A program made the position numbers and the translations under genes. Shown one piece after another: positions 1 through 8,570 of a stretch of DNA of 50,445 bases. This DNA comes from a virus (lineage: Duplodnaviria; Caudoviricetes), in IMG/VR virus record IMGVR_UViG_3300037258_000061, positions 1 to 50,445 of that record; one strand, given 5' to 3'. Positions within the stretch are counted from its first letter, which is position 1. Every line of letters starts with the position of its first letter. The notes beneath the pieces are model-generated. The model worked only from the letters and a program-made list of their open reading frames with translations. It did not search any database and was not told the DNA's origin.

Positions 1-113
1 GCAGGTGTCATACCAGACCAAACTCCACCTCTAATCTTGATATTAGACTTAATCAGAGGTGTAGTTTGAGGTCCAGTGAAGGTAGCTTGATGACCATAAA
101 ACACGTTTGCCAT
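1..113 (-). CDS. 5' part of the 88-aa hypothetical virion gene (duplicate of 50021-50287)
   Basis: ATG at 113 with upstream GAGG; same sequence as 50175-50287. Confidence 0.8.
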   Translation of the reverse strand, partial: MANVFYGHQATFTGPQTTPLIKSNIKIRGGVWSGMTP

Positions 114-166
114 TTAAATATCCTCTCTACAATAATTCAAATTTAGATTGAGTTAAATGGCTAGTT
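1..166. repeat. Terminal direct repeat, copy 1 (matches 50175-50340)
   Basis: Identical to 50175-50340 except one C/T mismatch at 127/50301; offset 50,174 bp. Confidence 0.97.
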
Positions 167-964
167 AAAGTTAAAGTCGCAACCAAGAATAATTCCAAGC
201 AAGTTAACAGTACTACCGGCAGGGGTTACAGCTATCAGAACTGCTGTCAATAAAGTTCCATCCACAGTTAAAAACTGAGTTGTAGGATTGCCTGATAAAT
301 CTGTTATCAAGCACCGCTCTCTATGAGCTTTATGAACTGTAGAATTTATAGCCAAAGCTGCACTAGGAAGATTTACATCGGAATAACCACCATTCCACTG
401 GATAGGTACATCATGACCACTTCCAAATGTAAAGTTAACTAGTTCTAATCCCAATGATGTAAGTGCTACACCATTTACTACATAAATAAGATCAATCCAT
501 TTAATTCTAATTCCCTTTGGCAATGCATTGGGAAACGGTCCTAGAAGAGTCGGCAGCAGTTGAGATTGAATTGGAGGAAGAGTATTGCTTCCTGCTATTA
601 CATTATCACCATCTGGGATACCTTGATCGTAACCAAAACCAGAGGGATCGGAAGTTCCTTCGACAAGACTAGGACCAGGACCATTCGCAGTACCAAATGC
701 TTGCTGCATAGTATTTGTAGCAAAGTTATTGCTTTGTAAAATACCTGTACGCACAAACAATTTAGAAAGATTAAATTGAATTTGAGTGGAAGCTGAGGCT
801 GGAATTAAAATTGAACTTATTGGAGTAGTTCCAGCTCCACCCTGGGGTTCAATAACTGGAAAACTGGCAACAGCAGCATTAGCTACAATAGCATCTGTAG
901 CAGGTAAAAACAACTGAAGATCAGTATTTGGTGTATCTGCAAGGAGAGGTCCAGCAGTTCTCAT
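161..964 (-). CDS. Hypothetical virion structural protein (beta-rich)
   Basis: ORF 161-976; ATG at 964 preceded by GGAGG is the likelier start; lies between capsid and tail genes on the circular map. Confidence 0.7.
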   Translation of the reverse strand: MRTAGPLLADTPNTDLQLFLPATDAIVANAAVASFPVIEPQGGAGTTPISSILIPASASTQIQFNLSKLFVRTGILQSNNFATNTMQQAFGTANGPGPSLVEGTSDPSGFGYDQGIPDGDNVIAGSNTLPPIQSQLLPTLLGPFPNALPKGIRIKWIDLIYVVNGVALTSLGLELVNFTFGSGHDVPIQWNGGYSDVNLPSAALAINSTVHKAHRERCLITDLSGNPTTQFLTVDGTLLTAVLIAVTPAGSTVNLLGIILGCDFNFN

Positions 965-1034
965 GATTTCCTCCACCCGAGAGGTTTACAATGCGTCGGG
1001 CCGCGGTTGCTAGGAACGTTAAGTTTAAATAGGA

Positions 1035-1325
1035 TTAGAATCCTACTATTTGGACATCATTATCATCCTTGTCGATATTATTATCGGGGTTGGTAATCTT
1101 AGGATCAGGCATAAATTCAATTTGACCGTCATCCAAGCGCTGAACTATCATACGCTCTCTAATTCCAGGAGACTGAGGAAATTGATCTAAGCATGTGTTG
1201 CATAGCAAAACTCCATTTTGCCATGTCATTTCGTGAATCTTAAGTTTATCATCGCACCGGCCACAATAATGCCAAGGTCCACCGGGTACTTGATAGATAT
1301 TCCTTGTCATAATTGCCTTCCCCAA
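1035..1325 (-). CDS. Small zinc-finger protein of the head module
   Basis: CGRC...CNTC motif; downstream of the capsid gene. Confidence 0.7.
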   Translation of the reverse strand: MGKAIMTRNIYQVPGGPWHYCGRCDDKLKIHEMTWQNGVLLCNTCLDQFPQSPGIRERMIVQRLDDGQIEFMPDPKITNPDNNIDKDDNDVQIVGF

Positions 1326-1371
1326 GGTATCATTCCAGATAAACGACAGAACGATGCGATGATAAAATTAA

Positions 1372-1421
1372 GTGGGAGAGAAGCGGAGTCACCTAAGAAA
1401 ACGCTTTTTAAACTCTCCCAC
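1372..1421 (-). terminator. Intergenic stem-loop
   Basis: GTGGGAGAG...CTCTCCCAC 9-bp inverted repeat with inner AAGCG/CGCTT. Confidence 0.45.
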
Positions 1422-1428
1422 AGTGCCC

Positions 1429-1992
1429 CTACTTTGACTCGGTAGGAGTTGCAGGGGCAGCTTTAGCAGGCTTTGCAGCTTCAACTGGCTTAACTTCTTC
1501 AGTTTTAACTGGATCAGCAGGCTTTGGTGTCTGAGTTGGCACAGGTGTCTGTGCCGGCTTAGGTACAATAGGAACAGCAGGCTGTAGAGTTGCCGGAGTT
1601 ACTGCAGGTGAAGTTACTGGCAACTTAGGAGCAGGCTGAACAATTGCCTTCGGGGGAATAGATTGACCAGTTCCTGCAGTAGAAACTGCAGATTTAACTG
1701 CAGTTGTATTTACAGCTGCTGCTTCTTTCTTTTGACGCCTGGTAACTCGCAGAACGTTTCCCTCTACATCTGCGTCCTGAAAGGTCTGCCACGGCGAGGT
1801 CTTAATCGTAACTGTCAAAAGCTGCTGATTACGATTATATGCGCCTGTAAGATAAGTAAGTGAGCCAATATGACCTGAAACTGTATCAATTGTGCTCTGA
1901 GTTACTTGAAAACCATCCTGCATAACTGCGGCGCGGAACTGTTCAAACTCCGCAGGACTGTAACTTGCGAATTGAAACTGCTGAGATTTCAT
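1429..1992 (-). CDS. Hypothetical protein with Pro/Ala/Lys-rich C-terminal tail
   Basis: 187-aa ORF, GGAG RBS, co-oriented with the head genes. Confidence 0.7.
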   Translation of the reverse strand: MKSQQFQFASYSPAEFEQFRAAVMQDGFQVTQSTIDTVSGHIGSLTYLTGAYNRNQQLLTVTIKTSPWQTFQDADVEGNVLRVTRRQKKEAAAVNTTAVKSAVSTAGTGQSIPPKAIVQPAPKLPVTSPAVTPATLQPAVPIVPKPAQTPVPTQTPKPADPVKTEEVKPVEAAKPAKAAPATPTESK

Positions 1993-2021
1993 GATAGCTC
2001 CGAGAAACTGTAGTTTAAGTT

Positions 2022-2063
2022 AAAAAGTGGGAGTAGTTCGGTTCTCTCTAGAAACTACTCCCA
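2022..2063 (-). terminator. Intrinsic terminator after the capsid gene
   Basis: TGGGAGTAGTT...AACTACTCCCA 11-bp stem followed by CTTTTT on the minus strand. Confidence 0.7.
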
Positions 2064-2077
2064 AAATTTAAATTTAA

Positions 2078-3034
2078 CTACGGCCCCATCGACCCCCAGG
2101 TTCCCTGCCACTGTGGGCATCCAGCACTAACTCTGAAACGAACCTTCTGCTTAATTGCATCCGTATCGAAGTCGTTGTCGAATGTGGTAGTTTCACGCTC
2201 ACGATTGTAGAATGTGAGAGCCGTGTCCATCTTATCTGCAGTCAAGAACCAACTAGAAGCAGACGTAAAGTAATGGCACTGCATAACATCGAGATTCTCA
2301 GGAAGAATAGAGTTGATCTCGTTGTCAGACGTGTACGGTTTGCCCGGTGAGCCAAGAATCTCACGAGCAATGAAGATTAACTCAGGCGGAATCAATAGAT
2401 GCTTCCAGCGTGATGCAGTTGGAAAGCCTCTATTATCAACCATACGATTTGCCTGGTTGATTGCAAGTTGTAGACCAGCGATTGATAGATCAATATCAGT
2501 CTCTGGACGGTTGGGATAAGTACCAGCAGCAGTGATGATATTGCCCAAACCCGGAGCAATAGCAGTTGCCTGTGAACCACCAAGCAATGCGTGCTGATTG
2601 TAGAACAGCGGATTGCCGTCAAACGTTACGACGTTAGAGCTGAAGCCCTGATTAAAGATGCTCCAAGCAATAACTTCGCGTGTGAAACGAGAGCTGCGAG
2701 CAAGTGTACGAGGACCTTGACGAATAAGACCATACTGGTCATCATCCATCAGTTCCTTTGATGTACGAATGCCCAAGCTATAAGTCAAGTGCAGGAAACG
2801 ATACGAACCGCCCTGAATCATAGCTGTATACTGCGTGGGTGTATTCTCAGGTTTCTCTTGAAGCGGCCCAACACCTGCCATTTCAAGTTCCTGTTCATAC
2901 ATTGCGTCAGATCCCTTTACGTTAAACACCGTAGGGTACTCTTCTGCGCGCTGTTCCATGTCTTGCCAGTCTTTGTAAATCTTCTTAAGACCGGGAGCCA
3001 TGAGCTGATAAAACATTCCGCGTACTTGGCTCAT
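2078..3034 (-). CDS. Major capsid protein (HK97 fold, Mu gpT-like family)
   Basis: 318 aa; N-terminal LMAPGLKKIY, ELMDDDQYG, DGNPLF, LLIPPEL and C-terminal WQGTWGS resemble this capsid family; lies downstream of scaffold and decoration genes. Confidence 0.88.
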   Translation of the reverse strand: MSQVRGMFYQLMAPGLKKIYKDWQDMEQRAEEYPTVFNVKGSDAMYEQELEMAGVGPLQEKPENTPTQYTAMIQGGSYRFLHLTYSLGIRTSKELMDDDQYGLIRQGPRTLARSSRFTREVIAWSIFNQGFSSNVVTFDGNPLFYNQHALLGGSQATAIAPGLGNIITAAGTYPNRPETDIDLSIAGLQLAINQANRMVDNRGFPTASRWKHLLIPPELIFIAREILGSPGKPYTSDNEINSILPENLDVMQCHYFTSASSWFLTADKMDTALTFYNRERETTTFDNDFDTDAIKQKVRFRVSAGCPQWQGTWGSMGP

Positions 3035-3093
3035 TGCTATATCCTCATTTTGAATTTAATTACAAAATTGTTGCTCAGTTATTCAAACTGAGG

Positions 3094-3729
3094 TTAGCTA
3101 AGCTGACGCGCTGCAGTGATGAACTTGCCAATTACATGACCATTGACAAGATTACCATCTACAGAGTCGTAGTCAAGCACCTGAAATACAGTGTTTGTGC
3201 CCGGCGTATCTTTGTTTGCGTCGAGATAGCAAGTTCCACCGGAATCAAACGTAATTCCGTAAGACTTACCAAGCATCTCTAGCAAAGTTGGAATATAATC
3301 TGCAGGCACTGCACCGGCAGAATTATCTACCTGAATGTTAAAACGAGTATCTCCATTTGCAACGAAGAACAAAGTACGTCCATCAATTGCAGGAGTACCC
3401 AAAGCAATGTTAACCGCGTTTGGCTCATTTACAACGTTGCCATAGGTCTGTAGTGCTTTATTTCCAGTTACCTGTTGATAGCCAGGCTGAGGTGCTCCAG
3501 CGCCATCTGTACCAAGATTCTGGCCAAATGAAGATGAGATTCCTGAAATACCAGCCGTGATAGTTGTACCATCCCACTTCTGAATGAAACCCGCACCAGT
3601 AAGTTGAACGGGTACACCACCTAGAAATGTCTGGCCTGCGAGTTCCGGAATTGCTTGAGTACGATCGGTGTTTCCGGAATCCGTTTCGACAGGAAAGACA
3701 GGCGTGTGAACTGCAATATTCGCTGCCAT
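3094..3729 (-). CDS. Capsid decoration/cement-like protein
   Basis: 211 aa, Gly-rich beta protein immediately upstream of the capsid gene; strong AAGGAG RBS. Confidence 0.6.
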   Translation of the reverse strand: MAANIAVHTPVFPVETDSGNTDRTQAIPELAGQTFLGGVPVQLTGAGFIQKWDGTTITAGISGISSSFGQNLGTDGAGAPQPGYQQVTGNKALQTYGNVVNEPNAVNIALGTPAIDGRTLFFVANGDTRFNIQVDNSAGAVPADYIPTLLEMLGKSYGITFDSGGTCYLDANKDTPGTNTVFQVLDYDSVDGNLVNGHVIGKFITAARQLS

Positions 3730-3828
3730 TTTTCTGTATCTCCTTCAATTTAACTACTTTGTGATGCACCCTTTTCAACTGGCGTCAGCTTTTATACTAA
3801 AGCTAATCTATTTTTAAACTCTAAAAAC

Positions 3829-4668
3829 TTAACCGAGTGGCGAATACGTTGTCATCTTTCCCTCAGAGTTATACTTATTCCAAGCATCTCCAAGAGGCAA
3901 ACCCGTTCTATCGTCGAGTGATTTCTCAATCTCACCTTCGATTGTTCTTTTCATCTGTTCGTGCAACTTAGACTGCTGTGTCATTGCAATTGCACGCAGA
4001 TAATTACTGCGAAGCTGCGTGTACAAGCGCTTCTTTGGAATCTTCATTGCAACTGCGTCAATATAAACAAAATGACCTTGAGCATCTGCTTCAATTTCAA
4101 CCTTCAACTCTTCTGCAAGATCTTCTCTTGTTATATACTGCCAGCCCTGTGCGCGCTTCTGTCCAAGATTCTTAGATGAAGTCTGAACCCAGCGAGGTGA
4201 AAAGTTAGAATCCTTCAATTTGATATTAAGAAACTCAGGAATTTGATGGTCGATTGCCTGAATTGGTACGTTAACATCAAAAATAGAACTTTCTTGCAGA
4301 TTTTCAAAGTCAGTTATGTACTGAAGCTTTGGTTTTTTAATCTCTTGTGTTGCAACTGCATCTGCTTGAATTGTTTCTTGAACTCTGCGTGCAAATTGAG
4401 CAAGCAAATCATCAGGTAGATGCTTAATAAACTCAACTTGCTGTTCATACGTGAGCTTTTTTCCAGTTGAATCAGCTGCAACCTGACTTACAACGTTAGG
4501 TGGGGCATCTGCTGGAATAGTATCACGTTTAATTCCTTCGGTGAATGTGTTCGGCGCGGTTTTAACTTCGTTAATCGGCCGTGTTACTTTCTCCGCATTG
4601 GTTTCTTCCACGCCAGATGGCATAGAAGTCGGAGTTTTGACAGGAGGAACAATAGGATTGTTTGGCAT
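3829..4668 (-). CDS. Hypothetical head-module protein
   Basis: 279-aa ORF between scaffold and decoration genes; RWV...GWQY motif. Confidence 0.65.
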   Translation of the reverse strand: MPNNPIVPPVKTPTSMPSGVEETNAEKVTRPINEVKTAPNTFTEGIKRDTIPADAPPNVVSQVAADSTGKKLTYEQQVEFIKHLPDDLLAQFARRVQETIQADAVATQEIKKPKLQYITDFENLQESSIFDVNVPIQAIDHQIPEFLNIKLKDSNFSPRWVQTSSKNLGQKRAQGWQYITREDLAEELKVEIEADAQGHFVYIDAVAMKIPKKRLYTQLRSNYLRAIAMTQQSKLHEQMKRTIEGEIEKSLDDRTGLPLGDAWNKYNSEGKMTTYSPLG

Positions 4669-4669
4669 G

Positions 4670-5386
4670 TTAGTCTATTTCTCCCGTCAACTGCAATTCC
4701 TGCATTGCTGTGGCATATTCCTCTGGTTTCATACCCATCTTCGCAGCAACTTCTTTCATTTGCTGTGTGAGTACAGGAGTTTTAGAACCACCATCTCCAG
4801 CAGGAGCACCTGTTCCAGTACCAGAAGAACTAGCTGAAGAGAAACGAGACTTAATCTTATTCTCAGCTATGTCTTTCTGGAAGTCAAAGACAATAAGTTT
4901 GTATGCATTCCTAATAACTTCGGGATTTGCACGTTGTTCTGGTGATTGAGCATCGAGGAGAGCGTCAATTTTTCCTCGTACAGCCCCGGTGTAGTAAGGA
5001 AACTCCTCTTCATTATCAAAGATTGATCTGCGCTGCTCGTTTCCTTGCTGAAGCAAGGTTGCGATAGCAAGCGGCCTGAGAGTTTCGCTGACATAATTCC
5101 TCGTAGCATCGTCAACATTTTCAAACTGTTTGTTATGCTCTGTCTGTTGCTGTTGTTGACGCTGCTGCTCTACACGCTGGCGAGCTGCAGTCTGCTCATC
5201 CAAGAAAGTTTGCATCGCTTTCAGAGTTGGATGCTCATCAATCTTAGAACCAAGAGCATCAAGTTTCGTTTGAAACTCTGTTTTCTGTTCAGTTATAGCT
5301 TTGTTAATTGTTTCAGGCGTGACCTCTGGAACTTGGTCACCCTCCGTTTTGGACTTTACTCCGCCCATCTGCAACCAGTTTGGCAT
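4670..5386 (-). CDS. Putative head scaffolding protein
   Basis: Coiled-coil, Q/E-rich; C-terminal LTQQMKEVAAKMGMKPEEY helix-turn typical of scaffolds; AAGGAG RBS. Confidence 0.75.
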   Translation of the reverse strand: MPNWLQMGGVKSKTEGDQVPEVTPETINKAITEQKTEFQTKLDALGSKIDEHPTLKAMQTFLDEQTAARQRVEQQRQQQQQTEHNKQFENVDDATRNYVSETLRPLAIATLLQQGNEQRRSIFDNEEEFPYYTGAVRGKIDALLDAQSPEQRANPEVIRNAYKLIVFDFQKDIAENKIKSRFSSASSSGTGTGAPAGDGGSKTPVLTQQMKEVAAKMGMKPEEYATAMQELQLTGEID

Positions 5387-5397
5387 TTCCGTACTCC

Positions 5398-5760
5398 TTA
5401 ATTTGACTTAGATGGTTCAGTTTTAATACCTTCTTGCGCTCTCATTGCTTTTAGTTGTTCTTCTTTAAAATCATGATGTTTCTTTGCAGTTTGAGGGAGA
5501 AGTATAGCTTGATCTACTTCATGTAAAGCTCCGCGATGCTTATTTATCTCATCTAGTGTGAGATTGCTATTGTACAGTATCTCCTGTATTAGGAATACCC
5601 TGCGGAAGTTGAGGTATTCCAGAATTGCCTGCATTTCCACCGAATGGTATTGAACCGCCAGCGCTTGGTGATTGCTGATTAGTTTGGGCCACGGGTTTTG
5701 TAGTTCCACCACTCCCGCCGCTCCGGATACCTGCTGAGTTGACTCCTGCTTCGAGTTCAT
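5398..5760 (-). CDS. Hypothetical protein downstream of and overlapping the portal gene
   Basis: 120 aa; AGGAG RBS; small helical protein in the usual post-portal position; overlaps the portal's low-complexity tail. Confidence 0.65.
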   Translation of the reverse strand: MNSKQESTQQVSGAAGVVELQNPWPKLISNHQALAVQYHSVEMQAILEYLNFRRVFLIQEILYNSNLTLDEINKHRGALHEVDQAILLPQTAKKHHDFKEEQLKAMRAQEGIKTEPSKSN

Positions 5761-7579
5761 TTTGCTCCTGTTCTAACAACTGTTGTACTCCTTGAGGCAA
5801 TGGTGCAAGTCTTTCTACGTCTGGATGCTCAAAGTTACGTAGAATTCTACGAACTAAAGCATTTTTTGCTATCAAACACTCCATCATATATTGTTTTAAC
5901 TCAGGTGGCATTTGCTGAGTTGTAACAATGGCTGCTACAGTTTGCTGATCTGACTGTTGAATCCGTTCTAGAGTTGAAAGCAGAAGCATATCATTCTGCT
6001 TTTCAAGTTCTTTGTTGTTGCTTGCTGTAGCTGGCTTAATCAGAAGACCAAGCTTTCCATTCTTATAGTTTTCAAGTGCTGCTTTAAGAATTTGAGCTTT
6101 ATCACCATAGCTACGCAGTCGATTACCACTAATACCATAAGTTGCGTATTGTGTAAGAATCTTTCGACCCATACGAACGTGAGCCGAGCGCATATCACTC
6201 ATGCGCAAGTTGTTCCGATTGTTAGAAGCCTGCATTGCTATTGCAGTTCCCTGCGCTGAATAGTTACCACGCTTCGGATTTACAATTCCACCTCCTGCAC
6301 CACCCACTGCAGGATCAACACCTGATCTATCTTTCGCAAGAGAGAGTGTAAGCATCTCATCTTCAGATGTAATAGTTGCGCCGGGCGCTCCAAGAGTCAA
6401 TAGTTCTAGATCATCCTTCGGTGCTGGGATAACTGCGCCAGGATAAATTTGAATTACAGATGATAAGGAACTCCCTGTGTTAATTCTGACAACCCCAGTA
6501 TTTGCGAGGTCACGATTATCAACACGTTGATTATGAATTCTCGAAACTTCTCGTTGGTACATCTCCAACATTTCCATGAATCCATAACCATAGTACTGGT
6601 CGTCATCATAGGCAAGTTTCGCATCTTCAAATGGAACCTCATTCTTTGGATAGGGATTAAATATACCACCCAAAAGAGATTTAGACTTATGATGCCAGTG
6701 AGCAATGATTCTGTACTTCTTACCACCCATCCACCAAGAGAACCAGCACTCGTGAAAGTCCCACTCACCTCCAACATTACTCCAATTGTTGTTCATTCCC
6801 TTAGATTCTTCTTGCATGGCCTGCATATAGTCAGGGCCTTGTCTATCAGGACCAAGATCCAAGAGCGTTTGCAACTTTGCTTTGTCGTAAATATGAAGGT
6901 CTTCGTTCTTTTCGATCAAATCACGTAGCTGTGGCTTCTTGTATGGCACAATATGAGCCATGAAGTCACAATTACGCAAGTTTGAGGTCTGGGGATCGAC
7001 TAGAAAACGATTGAGTGGCACATTCTCAGGACGAGGATTATCAAAAATCGTCTCTGTTTCGAATCTTGATGAACCTTCCCCGCCTGTGTACACTTGTTCT
7101 TGAGTAAAGAGCCAGGGAAATTTAGCAATTCCAGTGCCATAACGACCTGCGGAGGCAAATACAACTTCCTCGACGCGGTATAAATCTAATTCCATCGGAT
7201 CGAGAGATACATCTGACATGAAAGCTTCGATCATAGCTCTCTGATCGTCTCCAACACCCTTCTTCCAATCACCAAGGATCGAAGCTACAAATAGCTGATC
7301 GCTTTGGTAGATCGACATTATTCGAGATAGCAGCTCGTCAGAATGAGTAGCGGCTAACTGTACGACTAAGTTGCTTGCCATAGGCCAAGGAAATGTTTTT
7401 TCCTTAACTTCTGGTATACCTTTGTAAGTCTTAACCCACTTCGGTAAAAGGTCTTCACGCAGATTCTGAGTTTTCGCCATCAAATACGAAATCTGATTGA
7501 AGATGTAACTCTTCAAATCATCCAACTCTTGCGTATTTGAAATCTCTTTTTCTAGCGAAAGAACTTTAGGAAAGGGCAT
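5567..7579 (-). CDS. Portal protein (podovirus/P22-like)
   Basis: 670 aa downstream of TerL; PWPMASNLVV, YGTGIAK, YYGYGFMEML and IYPGAVIP motifs. Confidence 0.88.
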   Translation of the reverse strand: MPFPKVLSLEKEISNTQELDDLKSYIFNQISYLMAKTQNLREDLLPKWVKTYKGIPEVKEKTFPWPMASNLVVQLAATHSDELLSRIMSIYQSDQLFVASILGDWKKGVGDDQRAMIEAFMSDVSLDPMELDLYRVEEVVFASAGRYGTGIAKFPWLFTQEQVYTGGEGSSRFETETIFDNPRPENVPLNRFLVDPQTSNLRNCDFMAHIVPYKKPQLRDLIEKNEDLHIYDKAKLQTLLDLGPDRQGPDYMQAMQEESKGMNNNWSNVGGEWDFHECWFSWWMGGKKYRIIAHWHHKSKSLLGGIFNPYPKNEVPFEDAKLAYDDDQYYGYGFMEMLEMYQREVSRIHNQRVDNRDLANTGVVRINTGSSLSSVIQIYPGAVIPAPKDDLELLTLGAPGATITSEDEMLTLSLAKDRSGVDPAVGGAGGGIVNPKRGNYSAQGTAIAMQASNNRNNLRMSDMRSAHVRMGRKILTQYATYGISGNRLRSYGDKAQILKAALENYKNGKLGLLIKPATASNNKELEKQNDMLLLSTLERIQQSDQQTVAAIVTTQQMPPELKQYMMECLIAKNALVRRILRNFEHPDVERLAPLPQGVQQLLEQEQNELEAGVNSAGIRSGGSGGTTKPVAQTNQQSPSAGGSIPFGGNAGNSGIPQLPQGIPNTGDTVQ

Positions 7580-7580
7580 C

Positions 7581-7808
7581 TTAATTTCCAGTCTTTACAG
7601 TCGTGGTTGCTTGATCTGTATTGATTGTTGTAGATGGTTGAGATGGTGTCAACTGACGAATACCCATTAAAGCTGAACCAATGTAACTAAAAGCCTGAGC
7701 TGCTTCGTTATTCTTCTGATAAAAAAAGAAGGCTGCTATGAGTAAGAGTAAAAATCCGTAAAAATTCTGATTTAGAAAATTTGTGGCGGCATTTACAGCA
7801 GTACTCAT
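7581..7808 (-). CDS. Putative holin (two hydrophobic segments)
   Basis: 75 aa; FYGFLLLLIAAFFFY and AFSYIGSALMGI; GGAGG RBS. Confidence 0.55.
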   Translation of the reverse strand: MSTAVNAATNFLNQNFYGFLLLLIAAFFFYQKNNEAAQAFSYIGSALMGIRQLTPSQPSTTINTDQATTTVKTGN

Positions 7809-7822
7809 AGCAACCTCCTATT

Positions 7823-8200
7823 TTAAACTTTAGCAGGAACTGCAGCAGCAGCGACGGGAGTGGCAACAACTGGAGCGACAGCAGCAGGCGTAGCTTTCTG
7901 TGCTTCGTAATCTTTATAAGCTTTCTCAATAGCTGCATCTGCAACTTTAAATTGAGCAAGCCAAGTTTTAGCATCATCGTATGCTGTGGTGTCCGCAGGA
8001 ATGTTAATTCCCTTATCATCTACAGCAACTGCAATAGCTGCAGCGAGAGGAATACTAGCTTTCCAGAGCGGTACAATAGCCTCTGTAATTGCTGGAGCAT
8101 CCTTAACTGCAACTTCAAGTACTGATTGAACTTTCTTTTCATCGGCAAAGAGTTTCACGGCGAAACCCTTGATATCGTTAAACACTGACGTAAGACTCAT
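7823..8200 (-). CDS. Hypothetical Ala-rich protein
   Basis: ORF 7823-8401; likely start ATG 8200 (MSLTSVFNDIK) after GAGGGAG. Confidence 0.6.
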   Translation of the reverse strand: MSLTSVFNDIKGFAVKLFADEKKVQSVLEVAVKDAPAITEAIVPLWKASIPLAAAIAVAVDDKGINIPADTTAYDDAKTWLAQFKVADAAIEKAYKDYEAQKATPAAVAPVVATPVAAAAVPAKV

Positions 8201-8225
8201 GGTGACTCCCTCTTGAACAACTGGT

Positions 8226-8561
8226 TTATTCGGTACTATCATCTGTTCTGTGATTGCGGGTGTGGGACTCAACTCCGGGGCGACGTTTGATAGTTGTGAG
8301 ACTTTTTTTTCTACGGCCACTGGGGAGACGTGAGAAGTAGTTGGGGTATGAGTCAAGCTCTTCCGGATGCCGCCGTAGATAGTCGTCAACAAGTTTTTCA
8401 TGTTCTTCTATAAACACCATGAATGCATTTTTATACTTCTTATAGTTCTTCCAACCATACCGGAGTATTAAACCAAGAAGTCCTGTATTACCACCAAGAA
8501 GTATAGTTATGAAGAACTTGAATAGAGACACTTTAAGTTCAATTGTCCCTGGTGTAAACAT
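8226..8561 (-). CDS. Small membrane protein (holin/antiholin-like)
   Basis: N-terminal hydrophobic stretch and basic C-terminus; GAGG RBS. Confidence 0.5.
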   Translation of the reverse strand: MFTPGTIELKVSLFKFFITILLGGNTGLLGLILRYGWKNYKKYKNAFMVFIEEHEKLVDDYLRRHPEELDSYPNYFSRLPSGRRKKSLTTIKRRPGVESHTRNHRTDDSTE

Positions 8562-8570
8562 GACCCGCCT

